From Acidimicrobiia bacterium (lineage in GTDB: Bacteria; Actinomycetota; Acidimicrobiia; Acidimicrobiales; JANYDT01), in NCBI GenBank assembly GCA_031429095.1, contig JANOYY010000091.1, positions 9,370-73,369 of the forward strand: 64,000 nt of DNA. The letters run 5' to 3'. Position numbers and translations under genes: made by a program. Under the pieces are notes generated by a model. The model was not told where the DNA came from, searched no databases, and saw nothing but the letters and a program-made list of their open reading frames with translations. Each line of letters opens with the position of its first letter. Position 1 is the stretch's first letter. Below, piece after piece: positions 18,261 through 26,860 of the stretch.

Positions 18261-19430
18261 GTGGGAGTGACAGAGGAGCAGCTTGCGTCGTGGGTGGCGC
18301 GCCTGGTGCAGATTCCCAGTGTGAATCCGCTTCACCAGGGTCCCTCCAGTGGGGTCATCGGCGAACGGGCGCTCGCCGAATTCCTCGCTGGCGCGTTTCG
18401 AGGCTTGGGCGCATCGGAGGTGGTTCTCGATGAGGTTGTGGACGGACGCCCGAACGTCTACGCGGTTTTTTCGGGGCGGAGCGATCGCCTCGTGGTCCTT
18501 GACGTTCACACGGACACGGTGACTGTCGAAAACATGACTGACCCGCCCTTCGACGGCCGTATCGAAAACGGATGTGTCTGGGGTCGCGGATCGCTTGATA
18601 CGAAGGCGTCTCTCGGTGTCATTTGTGCACTTATGGAATCGTGGCAAGCGGCAGGTGTTCGGCCCGAGCCAACCCTCCTTGTTGTGGGGAGCGCCGGCGA
18701 GGAGGCGGGCGGTCTGCAAGGGGCGTATCGATTTCGTAAGTGGGCAGAACAACGCACCTATGACATCGATCAACTCATCGTTTCCGAACCGACGCAGCTT
18801 GCGCCGATCTATGGGCACAAGGGCGCGGTCGGTATGCGGATCACGGTCGTGGGGGAGTCCGCCCACAGTGCGACGCCGGAGCGTGGCAAGAACGCAATCT
18901 TCGCGGCGGGCCGACTTATCACCGCACTGGAAGCCCATAGCGAGGAACTGGTTGCGATTCCGCCTTCGACTGAGGTTGGGCCGGCGACCCTCTTGGTTGC
19001 GATGATCAACGGTGGTATCGCCGGAAACGTGGTCCCGGACCGATGCGTGCTCACCGTCGGGCGTCGTATGGCCCCCGGCGAGGACGTGCAAGCGGTCTAC
19101 GACTCGATGGTTGCTTTGGCAACCTCAGCATGTCCATTACCGCTCGAAATCGAACCGATCTATATAACCCCGGATGGTCTCCCCGGAAGTCCTGCCTTCT
19201 ATCAAACCCCGGACTCGACTCTGGTTGGGCTTCTGGCTGAGGCGGTCAACTCGTTTCCGGCAACCGCACCATTCGGGACGAATGCGCTTCGCTACGACGG
19301 CTTCGCTCGCGAGAAGGTGATCTTCGGTCCGGGCAACATCGAAGATGCGCATCGCCCAACCGAATGTGTCGCGATTTCTGATCTCGTTCGAACGGCAACC
19401 GCGTTTACGGCCTGGCTGAACCCCGGATAA
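18261..19430 (+). CDS. M20-family metallopeptidase / deacylase (ArgE/DapE-like)
   Basis: 389 aa. Motifs LDVHTDTV, WGRGSLDTKAS and GSAGEEAGG. The 3' end overlaps the convergent gene by 26 nt. Confidence 0.8.
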   Translation: MGVTEEQLASWVARLVQIPSVNPLHQGPSSGVIGERALAEFLAGAFRGLGASEVVLDEVVDGRPNVYAVFSGRSDRLVVLDVHTDTVTVENMTDPPFDGRIENGCVWGRGSLDTKASLGVICALMESWQAAGVRPEPTLLVVGSAGEEAGGLQGAYRFRKWAEQRTYDIDQLIVSEPTQLAPIYGHKGAVGMRITVVGESAHSATPERGKNAIFAAGRLITALEAHSEELVAIPPSTEVGPATLLVAMINGGIAGNVVPDRCVLTVGRRMAPGEDVQAVYDSMVALATSACPLPLEIEPIYITPDGLPGSPAFYQTPDSTLVGLLAEAVNSFPATAPFGTNALRYDGFAREKVIFGPGNIEDAHRPTECVAISDLVRTATAFTAWLNPG

Positions 19431-20400
19431 GCGACTCCCATTCGGTAAGGAATGCCATCAACGCCTCAGAATCGTCAAGGCGGGGACTCGGGCGCTGGGC
19501 CTCCAGTCGTTTTGCAGCGAGACTGTTCTCCACCATTCGCACCTGGTAGTCGAATGCGTCGAGAGGGTCGTCGACAATGAACTCCTCAGTCGAGCCGTTG
19601 TACCCGGCCCAGGAAAAGCGATTCACGCCGCGTGCCGGAAGCCAGGGGTTTGACTCGAAAGTGAAACGACCATTTGTTCCGAGTACTTCGAAATGCGAAA
19701 CGTTTCCGTAGGTCTCGGCGGTATGGATCGAGGCGAGCGCTCCCGAACCAAATCGCATCGCGGCGGCCGCTTCGCATACGTTGGCGTCAACGGCCGAGAT
19801 GTTCCCCGTTGCGTGCACGGATCGTTGCGAAAAACTGTCGATGCCGCAAATTGTGTCGACGACGAGTTGGACGAGTGAAACGGGGTAGCACCCGAGGTTG
19901 TAGATCGCGCCTCTCCCTTCTGGGTTTACGAGGTGGGCGATGCTGGCCGCGTAACTTGCGTTGATGTAAACCAGCCTGCCGAGACGTCCATCAGAGATGA
20001 CATCAACGAATCGTTGAATGACCGGATGAGCGAGGTACATCAATCCTTCGACGAAGAACACGTTGTTGCGCACTGCGTCGAGGAGCGCACGGGTTTGGTC
20101 CATCGAAACCGTTAGGGACTTCTCCGACAGCACTGCCTTTCCGGCCTTGGCAGCGACGATGGTCGCTATGTGGTGAACGTGATTTGGAGTCCCGATGTAG
20201 ACGACATCGATTTCGTTGTCATCGAGCGCGCTCTCCAGTGCTGATGACCGGCGCGCAATGCCATGTCGATCGCAGAACTCCGAGAGTCGCGTCTCGTCGC
20301 GTCCGATTGCGACGGCGACCGCCGAACCAGGGCTGGCCTTGATCGCCTTAACCATCGTGTCGGAGATGAAACTGCTGCCAACCACGGCCCAACGAATCAT
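19405..20400 (-). CDS. Gfo/Idh/MocA-family oxidoreductase
   Basis: Inside ORF 19405..20466. Start moved to ATG 20400 (MIRWAVVGSSFISD, an N-terminal Rossmann strand). Confidence 0.85.
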   Translation of the reverse strand: MIRWAVVGSSFISDTMVKAIKASPGSAVAVAIGRDETRLSEFCDRHGIARRSSALESALDDNEIDVVYIGTPNHVHHIATIVAAKAGKAVLSEKSLTVSMDQTRALLDAVRNNVFFVEGLMYLAHPVIQRFVDVISDGRLGRLVYINASYAASIAHLVNPEGRGAIYNLGCYPVSLVQLVVDTICGIDSFSQRSVHATGNISAVDANVCEAAAAMRFGSGALASIHTAETYGNVSHFEVLGTNGRFTFESNPWLPARGVNRFSWAGYNGSTEEFIVDDPLDAFDYQVRMVENSLAAKRLEAQRPSPRLDDSEALMAFLTEWESLIRGSARP

Positions 20401-20458
20401 AACGGTTCCTGTTCGGGCGGGAGAGTCCCGCCAGTGAACGTAGTCACCACGGACATTC

Positions 20459-20526
20459 GGCGCCACAGTGCCAGGTTGGCGCTACAGTGCGGCGCTCACG
20501 CGCCATGTTGGCGCTGTGGCGCCAAC
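20459..20526. repeat. Nested direct/inverted repeat cluster built on GGCGC(C/T)ACAG / TTGGCGC units
   Basis: GGCGCCACAG (20459-20468) is the exact reverse complement of CTGTGGCGCC (20514-20523). There is also a local hairpin GTTGGCGC-TGTG-GCGCCAAC (20507-20526) and a related direct copy TTGGCGCTACAGTGC (20477-20491). Confidence 0.8.
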
Positions 20527-20641
20527 TTCCGACCACCAGCGGCGCGAACCCCAGCCGCGAGAACTCGGCCGCTGCGAACAGCGACCGCTTCGCCATCACG
20601 CAGCGCCCGGTTCATCGTGATGACACGACGGGCGGGGTAGA

Positions 20642-21899
20642 TCACGGTTGACATTGGTTATCCTCTGTCGCTGAGGCATATTCGGCCATGTAATAAGGGT
20701 GCTTAGGATCGTATTTCGTGAGTGGTGCTGCGTTTTCAACTCGACCAATCGGTCGGAGGTCGTTTCCTTCGCAGTGAAGTCGAGCGTCGCCAAGCGACAT
20801 CCCGAGCCCATTCTGCTTTCCGGTTGAGTTCTTCGACTACTTCGCCGGTGTCGAGCTGCGACGTCCGTTGTCTCGCCGATGTCGGCTTCGAGGTTGTACA
20901 ACTGCAGAGTCTCGACGCCGCGCTTCGAGAAATGAAGTTTCCAAGGCCCGACACGGATCGCTTCCAAATCGTTCATCCAGTAGTAATAGAACGCGTCGTG
21001 CGGAGTCGTGGCGCTCGCGTCGAACCAGATCGGTTGCACATCGCGGCCATCAATTGTCCGATCATCGGGAAGCGATGCGCCGCAGACTGCAGCGAGGGTC
21101 GGATAGAGGTCCATCGATGTTGTGAGTTCGTTGGACACTCGGCCGGCGGCGATACGACCGGGCCATCGGACGATGGCCGGTACTCGCTGGCCCCCCTCCC
21201 AGGTGGTCGCCTTCGTCCCGCGTAGGGCACCGTTGCTGCCTCCAAGAAGTTCTCCGTTGCCACCGACGGGAACAGTGTTGTTCCCAAGCGAACCGTTGTC
21301 GCTGGTGAAGATTACAATCGTGTTCTCCTCCAGTCCCAGGGACTTGAGTTCGTGCAGTACGACCGATGTTGCCCAGTCGATCGATTCGACGGCCGCCCCG
21401 TAGAGCCCGTTCTCCGATTGCTCAGCGAAACGCGGCTGCACGTAGATTGGTAAGTGGACATACATGTGGGCGAGATACAAAAAGAATGGTTCGGTCCGTG
21501 CGGAGCGCATGAATCGAACTGCTTCGACTACGTAGCGTTCGGTCAGCGAGGCCTGATCGGGTTGTTGCTCGATGACGTCGCCGTCCAGGACCAGCGGTAG
21601 CGGTGCCATCTCCCCCTGCCCCAAACCAACTCCGTGGCCGGGGAACAGCACCGGCCACCCATCGAAGGAACCAAAACCGAAGCGGGGTGGATAGCAACCG
21701 GTGAGGAGCGCACCTCGCGACGGCGAGCAAACCGGCGATGCTGCGTAAAACGAATCGAAGCGGAGCCCGTCTGCTGCCAGTTGATCGATTGTCGGCGTCT
21801 TGTTGACCGTCGATCCGTAACAGCCGAGATCCCCATAGCCGAGGTCGTCGCAATTGATGAGGACGACGTTTGGGCGGTCCCCGAACGCGAAGTGGTCAC
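20642..21899 (-). pseudogene. Formylglycine-type (aryl)sulfatase, disrupted by frameshifts and an internal deletion
   Basis: ORF 20596..21987 carries NCDDLGYGDLGCYG, the FGly motif CSPSR, SDNGS and LRGTKATTWEGG. The family C-terminus continues in two other frames and ends at the stop 20642-20644. See findings for details. Confidence 0.7.
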
Positions 21900-22324
21900 T
21901 TTGCGCGTTTGTTGGGGCGGAAGACGGGTATGGCCTCGCTACCGTCGGGTTGTTCGAAGTCGACAACGACTGGCAATCGATAGCCAATTTCGTCCGAGTT
22001 AATATCGAAAAGTGTGCTTATCATCCAGGGTCCCTCGGCAAGTTCCACCGTTGCCACGGTTCGAGGGGTTGGTAGTACTCCATCAGCTCCGGCGCGCCCG
22101 TGGAGGACCACCCAGGATTCGATGTGCCCGGTGCCTTTGGCGTCCAACCAATCGAAGGACTCGCTCAGGCACTCCGTACACATAGGAACCTCCGGTCCGC
22201 GCACATGGTCACAGTTGGTGCAGCGACGAAGCAGAAGCCGCCGTTGGGACGTGGCGTCGAAGAACTGCGCAGACGCGTCGTCGCGATGGACGGGAGCGAG
22301 CGGCGTGTTGATGTGCTGGTTCAT
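21896..22324 (-). CDS. DUF35 Zn-ribbon / OB-fold protein (thiolase partner)
   Basis: 142 aa. Zn ribbon CTNCDHVRGPEVPMCTEC followed by an OB-fold-like region. ATGA overlap with the upstream thiolase-like gene. Confidence 0.85.
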   Translation of the reverse strand: MNQHINTPLAPVHRDDASAQFFDATSQRRLLLRRCTNCDHVRGPEVPMCTECLSESFDWLDAKGTGHIESWVVLHGRAGADGVLPTPRTVATVELAEGPWMISTLFDINSDEIGYRLPVVVDFEQPDGSEAIPVFRPNKRAK

Positions 22325-23511
22325 GATGTTTCGTGGGGGCTCAGCAGAAGGGTGCAGTGATAGTCGAGGATTCCGCCGTTGCCGCTGGAGAGTACAACGT
22401 CGTGGTTGGCGACCTGGCGCTCGCCGGCCGTGCCTCGGGCTTGCAGGATCGCTTCAGAGATCGGTGTCATGCCCCACATGTAGTAGGCAGAAAGTTGGCC
22501 GCCCCCTGTGTTGGTCGGTAGGGAACCCCCCGGCCCGAGCACTCCAGATTCGACGAACGGCCCACCTTCTCCCTTCTCGCAAAACCCGTAATCCTCGAGC
22601 GACACAATCACGGTGTAGGTGTAGCAGTCGTAGATCTGGCAGACGTCGACATCGGCGACCGATAGCGATGCCATTCGAAAGGCGCGGTCACCCGACTCCA
22701 CGGCGCCGGAGACTTCGCCCAGCCGACAGCCGCGTTCTTGGACCATGCCCGGGTGTGCTTGGCCCCACCCGAGCACGTAGACGGGGGGTTGGCGAAGCGT
22801 TTTTGCGCGATCCGCGGATGTGACGATTACGGCGACGCCGCCGTTGGACACCAAGCAGCAGTCCAGTAGGCGGAGCGGGTCGGCGATCCAGCGTGATGAC
22901 TGATGATCCTCAAGGGTGATGGGGTCGCGGAACTGAGCCATTGGGTTCATCGACGCCCACTGTCGTTGTTGCACGGCTACGGCTCCGAACTGTTCGGTGG
23001 TCGTACCGTACCTGAGCATGTGACGTCGGGCGGCCATGGCATAGCGGGGGTTGGCCCCTCCATATCCGGCCGACATTTGAATGGCGGGAAATCCTTTGAG
23101 GACGGGGCGGCGCGCACCGTAGGCTGCGCCGGCGCTAATTCCTTCTTTGAGGGGTGCGTCGGCGAACACGCATGCTACGACGTCGGCCATGCCAGCGTCG
23201 ATCGCCATTCCGGCGTATTGGATCATTGCCCCGGCTGATGAGCCGAAGGCCTGATACTCGGCGAGAAGTTTTGTGTTTCGAAGTCCCAGTCCGCGTTGAA
23301 GGAATACGTTCAAGTCGCCGGGAGAATTGATAAGCAGGCCGTCAATGTCGTGTATCTCGAGCCCTGCGTCAGCGATCGCCAGTTGGACCGCTTCTCGAGC
23401 GAATGCCGACGCAGTCTTTCCGTACACGCGTCCCATTTCGGTTATGCCGAGCCCGGCGATAGCAAAGTTCGTCGGTTTTCGGGTCACAGGAGTCTTACCG
23501 TAGGAGCGCAT
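22321..23511 (-). CDS. SCPx/Ltp-type thiolase-fold protein lacking the canonical nucleophile Cys
   Basis: 396 aa, thiolase fold. At the position where the paralog 54877..56025 has NGCATGG, this protein has AFGSSAG. Confidence 0.8.
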   Translation of the reverse strand: MRSYGKTPVTRKPTNFAIAGLGITEMGRVYGKTASAFAREAVQLAIADAGLEIHDIDGLLINSPGDLNVFLQRGLGLRNTKLLAEYQAFGSSAGAMIQYAGMAIDAGMADVVACVFADAPLKEGISAGAAYGARRPVLKGFPAIQMSAGYGGANPRYAMAARRHMLRYGTTTEQFGAVAVQQRQWASMNPMAQFRDPITLEDHQSSRWIADPLRLLDCCLVSNGGVAVIVTSADRAKTLRQPPVYVLGWGQAHPGMVQERGCRLGEVSGAVESGDRAFRMASLSVADVDVCQIYDCYTYTVIVSLEDYGFCEKGEGGPFVESGVLGPGGSLPTNTGGGQLSAYYMWGMTPISEAILQARGTAGERQVANHDVVLSSGNGGILDYHCTLLLSPHETS

Positions 23512-23611
23512 CGATCGGTTCGTCCAACCGAATAGGTCTTCGGGCTCAATTCGGCGTTCGTTCGGTTCTCAATATCAAGTTTTGGCGGACCGCTCGACGA
23601 CAGCGGTGAAC

Positions 23612-24070
23612 TCAGCGCTGTTCGCAGCGTTCGATCTGCTTCCTGTACGCACGCGAGAAGTCATCGACCGTCGTTCGGTCTGAGACGTTTCCAGCATCGT
23701 CGAGCACCGTCCAAATGACGCCATCAATTGCCTGCATGGACAGGTGCACAATCGCTCCGTTTGTACCGCCTTCTTCAATGTGAATCGCATCACCATCGTG
23801 TGAGACGAACGTTCCCGGCACCCTCACCTCATCGAGTGCCCAGTTGGATCCAAGTCGTCGGTACGTCCGGTGCTCGCCATCGACGACGAAGGTTGTGGTG
23901 GGTCCGACATGATTGTGAGCGACGCAGCGAGCGAGGGGTGCAAGTCGAAACAGTATGTCTACCTTCTGTTTCGTCTCGTTCACCTCGAGGACCCAGAAAC
24001 TGAGCCCGTCAGGCCCTCGGAACGGTCGCCAAGAGATTGCGCGATCGTCGAATCGAAACGTTGTAGTCAT
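23612..24070 (-). CDS. Hypothetical protein, possibly cupin-like
   Basis: 152 aa, beta-rich, with His-containing stretches (CVAHNHVGP, IHIEEGG). The fold assignment is tentative. Confidence 0.45.
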   Translation of the reverse strand: MTTTFRFDDRAISWRPFRGPDGLSFWVLEVNETKQKVDILFRLAPLARCVAHNHVGPTTTFVVDGEHRTYRRLGSNWALDEVRVPGTFVSHDGDAIHIEEGGTNGAIVHLSMQAIDGVIWTVLDDAGNVSDRTTVDDFSRAYRKQIERCEQR

Positions 24071-24094
24071 TCCGTACTCACCTTTTCACGATCG

Positions 24095-24901
24095 CTAAAT
24101 AATGTTGATGGCGTCGAGAATGGAGCGTACGTACTCGCTGTCGCCACGTAGTTGGCACGAGTCTCGCCACGAACTTCGCTGTGTACCCCAACTGACGAAA
24201 TCATGAGCTGTCGATGTGACCGTGGCGACGGCATCGCCGCGTTCCTCCACAACGCTCACGAGACCGTCAGCGCCGACCGGATGCACTGTAAACGTCCCAG
24301 ATCCTGCCCCGGTGAGTTCGAGTACCCACGGGCGGTCGACGATCGTGAGCTGCGCCCGGCACATTTGAGCCAGCCCCGCCATCATCCAATCAACCCCTGG
24401 TCGGACTCGGACATCGTCGGCCTGAGGAAGCGAGCGCTCGATCGACCCGCCGGGCTTCAGTACGTCGTGGCGAAGGTGGCAGTAGTGATCGAAGCAATAG
24501 GCATTCGCTAACCAATGCATTCCATACGTGCCGAGATCAGCAAGGGGTATCTCGGTTGATGCCACCGGTTCTTCCTGCATCGCCGCAAGCCCCGCGATGG
24601 CGCCGTCGCGGTACAGGTCGTATTCGGCCATCAGTTCCTTCGCCGACCAACTCCGACGCGAGGTCAACAATTCTTCGACCATTTGCTCTGCGGGCATGTC
24701 CGAGGGCGCAGCGTCGGGCGGGACCGGTGTCGGATCGACGAGTTCTTTGAAGTTCGATGTCACATGGCCGAGTACCTCCTGGATTCGCCATCCCGCGCAC
24801 GCGCTTGGCAATAGCCACTCGTCGTCCGAGAGCGACCCGAAGACAGTTTGCATATCCGCGTGGTTTGCGAGGAGTCCATCGATCGCGCTTTTGGTCATCA
24901 T
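24095..24901 (-). CDS. DinB/MDMPI-type (mycothiol-dependent maleylpyruvate isomerase N-terminal domain) protein
   Basis: 268 aa. The N-terminal pattern ...LSDDEWLLPSACAGWRIQEVLGHV is typical of the actinobacterial TIGR03083-like family. Confidence 0.65.
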   Translation of the reverse strand: MMTKSAIDGLLANHADMQTVFGSLSDDEWLLPSACAGWRIQEVLGHVTSNFKELVDPTPVPPDAAPSDMPAEQMVEELLTSRRSWSAKELMAEYDLYRDGAIAGLAAMQEEPVASTEIPLADLGTYGMHWLANAYCFDHYCHLRHDVLKPGGSIERSLPQADDVRVRPGVDWMMAGLAQMCRAQLTIVDRPWVLELTGAGSGTFTVHPVGADGLVSVVEERGDAVATVTSTAHDFVSWGTQRSSWRDSCQLRGDSEYVRSILDAINII

Positions 24902-25037
24902 TCCTCCGAGGCAGAACGTTTGATTGCAGTAGGCAGCAGCGTAGATCCACCGACCGGATCGACGCCACTGAGCCGTCGGAAGACGCTGTGTCGACTGCGA
25001 AGGTCGCTAGCCTGGGGGGCCAGCGAAACAACGAGGG

Positions 25038-25829
25038 ATGGTCATGTCTTCGATCAACATCACGATATGGAACGAATACCTCCATGAGGTGCAGGAACCC
25101 GAAATCGGGAAGGTCTACCCAACAGGTATTCATGGTGCGTTGGCCGAGGGGCTGGCATCGAACACCGAATTTTCCATTTCCACGGCGACGTTGGCCGAAC
25201 CGTCCCACGGTCTTACGGACGCAGTAATCGAGAACACCGATGTGATGATCTGGTGGGGGCATATGGGCCACCATCTCGTCGACGACAAGATCGTCGACAA
25301 GGTTCAACAGGCCGTGCTGAGCGGGATGGGCCTGATCGTCCTTCATTCGGGTCACTATTCGAAGATCTTTCGGCGAATGATGGGAACGAACTGCTCGCTC
25401 CTGTGGCGTGAGGCCAATGAAAAAGAACGGCTGTGGGTTGTCGAGCCGGCGCACCCGGTGATGGAAGGCATTCCTCCGTACTTCGAACTCGAAGCCGAAG
25501 AGATGTACGGCGAGCGATTCGATATCCCGACTCCCGAACATCTGCTGATGGTCAGTTGGTTCCAGGGTGGCGAGGTGTTTCGAAGCTGCGCGACCTGGCA
25601 ACGTGGCCACGGAAAGATCGTGTACTTTCGCCCCGGCCATGAGGAGTACCCGACGTATCGCAATGAACACATACTTCGCGTAATTGCGAATTCGTGCCGT
25701 TGGAGCGCACGCCGAATAGACCGGCGTACGGATGATGCCCCGAATTCTCCCGCGCTGGAGTGGGTGCCAGGCGCATCGGCTCGGGCAACGGCGGCCGCGC
25801 AGGCTGGCTCGTCGAGCGTGGGGCAATGA
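25038..25829 (+). CDS. ThuA-like (trehalose-utilisation) protein
   Basis: 263 aa. The pattern INITIWNEY...DVMIWWGH...VLHSGH...GERFDIP...YFRPGHE matches my memory of the ThuA family. ATG 25044 is an alternative start with better SD spacing. Confidence 0.75.
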   Translation: MVMSSINITIWNEYLHEVQEPEIGKVYPTGIHGALAEGLASNTEFSISTATLAEPSHGLTDAVIENTDVMIWWGHMGHHLVDDKIVDKVQQAVLSGMGLIVLHSGHYSKIFRRMMGTNCSLLWREANEKERLWVVEPAHPVMEGIPPYFELEAEEMYGERFDIPTPEHLLMVSWFQGGEVFRSCATWQRGHGKIVYFRPGHEEYPTYRNEHILRVIANSCRWSARRIDRRTDDAPNSPALEWVPGASARATAAAQAGSSSVGQ

Positions 25830-26860
25830 TGACCCGGCGGCACCGAATCGGAATCATCGGGACCGGCGCAATCGCCCAACAGCACATGGTCGGATACCAG
25901 GCCGCCGACGCGGAGGTCGTCGCTCTCTGCGACGTTTCGAAAGACACGTTGGCCCGTCGTCAGAAGGAATGGGGGGTACCGAACGGCTATCAGGACTACG
26001 CCGACCTACTTGCCGACGGGGCGATTGATGCCATCTCAATATGCACGCCGAACTCATCGCATTATCCCGTCACGATCGCTGCAGCAAAGGCCGGGAAACA
26101 TGTGCTTTGCGAGAAGCCCGTGTCATTGGACCTTTCGCAGGCCGACGAGATGATCGATGCATGCAAGAACGCCGGCGTTGTGTTCCAGGTTGGCCACCAC
26201 ATGCGGTCGTGGGCGGCCGCGGTAAAGGCCAAGGAACTCATTGAACGCGGGGCCCTGGGAGACATTACCTATGTGCGCTTACGGCAAGCCCACGACTGGG
26301 GTGGAGCGCGAATCGTTCGAGGCGCGTTCGGGTCTCGTGAAGCCTCGGGTGGAGGCACCCTGCTCGACAACGGATGCCATCTGTTCGATCTTGCCCGCTA
26401 TCTCGCTGGCGACGTCAGTGATGTCTTCGCTCGGATTTCGACGCGAAAGTTTGCAGTGGAGGTTGAAGACACCGCTGTCTCCTCGCTTGGGTTCCTTTCG
26501 GGGGCAATGGGTCAGGTGGAGGTTGCCTGGACCGGAACGGGATGGCACGAAGCCTTCTGGGTGTTCGGCACTGAGGGGTCATTGGAGTGTGACAACCGCG
26601 TGTCGTCGCGTGAACTACTGCATCGGTTTCGATCCTCAGGAGGTCAGACCTGGGACGGAACCGACATTGCTCGCTATGAACTCCAGGGTAGGGAGTCCCA
26701 TACCCAGCACGTCATCAGCTTTCTCGATGCCATCGATGGCCGGCGCGATGTCGTCTGCACGGGCTCCGACGGTCTGGAAGCGGTTCGATTGGTGCTTGCG
26801 TCATACGAAAGTGCCGATACCAACTCCGTCGTCCGGATACCTCAGATCGGCATCGCGTGA
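25826..26860 (+). CDS. Gfo/Idh/MocA-family oxidoreductase (ThuB-like position)
   Basis: Inside ORF 25760..26860. Start at ATG 25826 (MMTRRHRIGIIGTGAIAQQH) overlaps the ThuA stop (ATGATGA). The EKP motif is present (CEKPVS). Confidence 0.85.
   Translation: MMTRRHRIGIIGTGAIAQQHMVGYQAADAEVVALCDVSKDTLARRQKEWGVPNGYQDYADLLADGAIDAISICTPNSSHYPVTIAAAKAGKHVLCEKPVSLDLSQADEMIDACKNAGVVFQVGHHMRSWAAAVKAKELIERGALGDITYVRLRQAHDWGGARIVRGAFGSREASGGGTLLDNGCHLFDLARYLAGDVSDVFARISTRKFAVEVEDTAVSSLGFLSGAMGQVEVAWTGTGWHEAFWVFGTEGSLECDNRVSSRELLHRFRSSGGQTWDGTDIARYELQGRESHTQHVISFLDAIDGRRDVVCTGSDGLEAVRLVLASYESADTNSVVRIPQIGIA

Noticed and set aside
23515-23531. Short inverted repeats with AACC/GGTT arms (TCGGTT-N5-AACCGA here; CGAACC-N5-GGTTCG at 63039-63055) as relatives of the 52611 palindrome
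   Set aside because: The arms are only 6 bp, and orientation and spacing differ between sites. Such dyads are expected by chance in GC-rich intergenic DNA.
24911-24927. GCAGAACGTTTGATTGC upstream of the ThuA-like gene as a third LacI operator
   Set aside because: Only the central AACGTT is palindromic and the flanks are not complementary. It shares just GCAGAA with the IR at 37387.
24537-25826. 429-aa ORF on the minus strand
   Set aside because: It is entirely antisense to the well-supported ThuA-like gene. It is Arg/Pro/Gly-rich with no recognisable motif, as expected for a spurious antisense frame in high-GC DNA.
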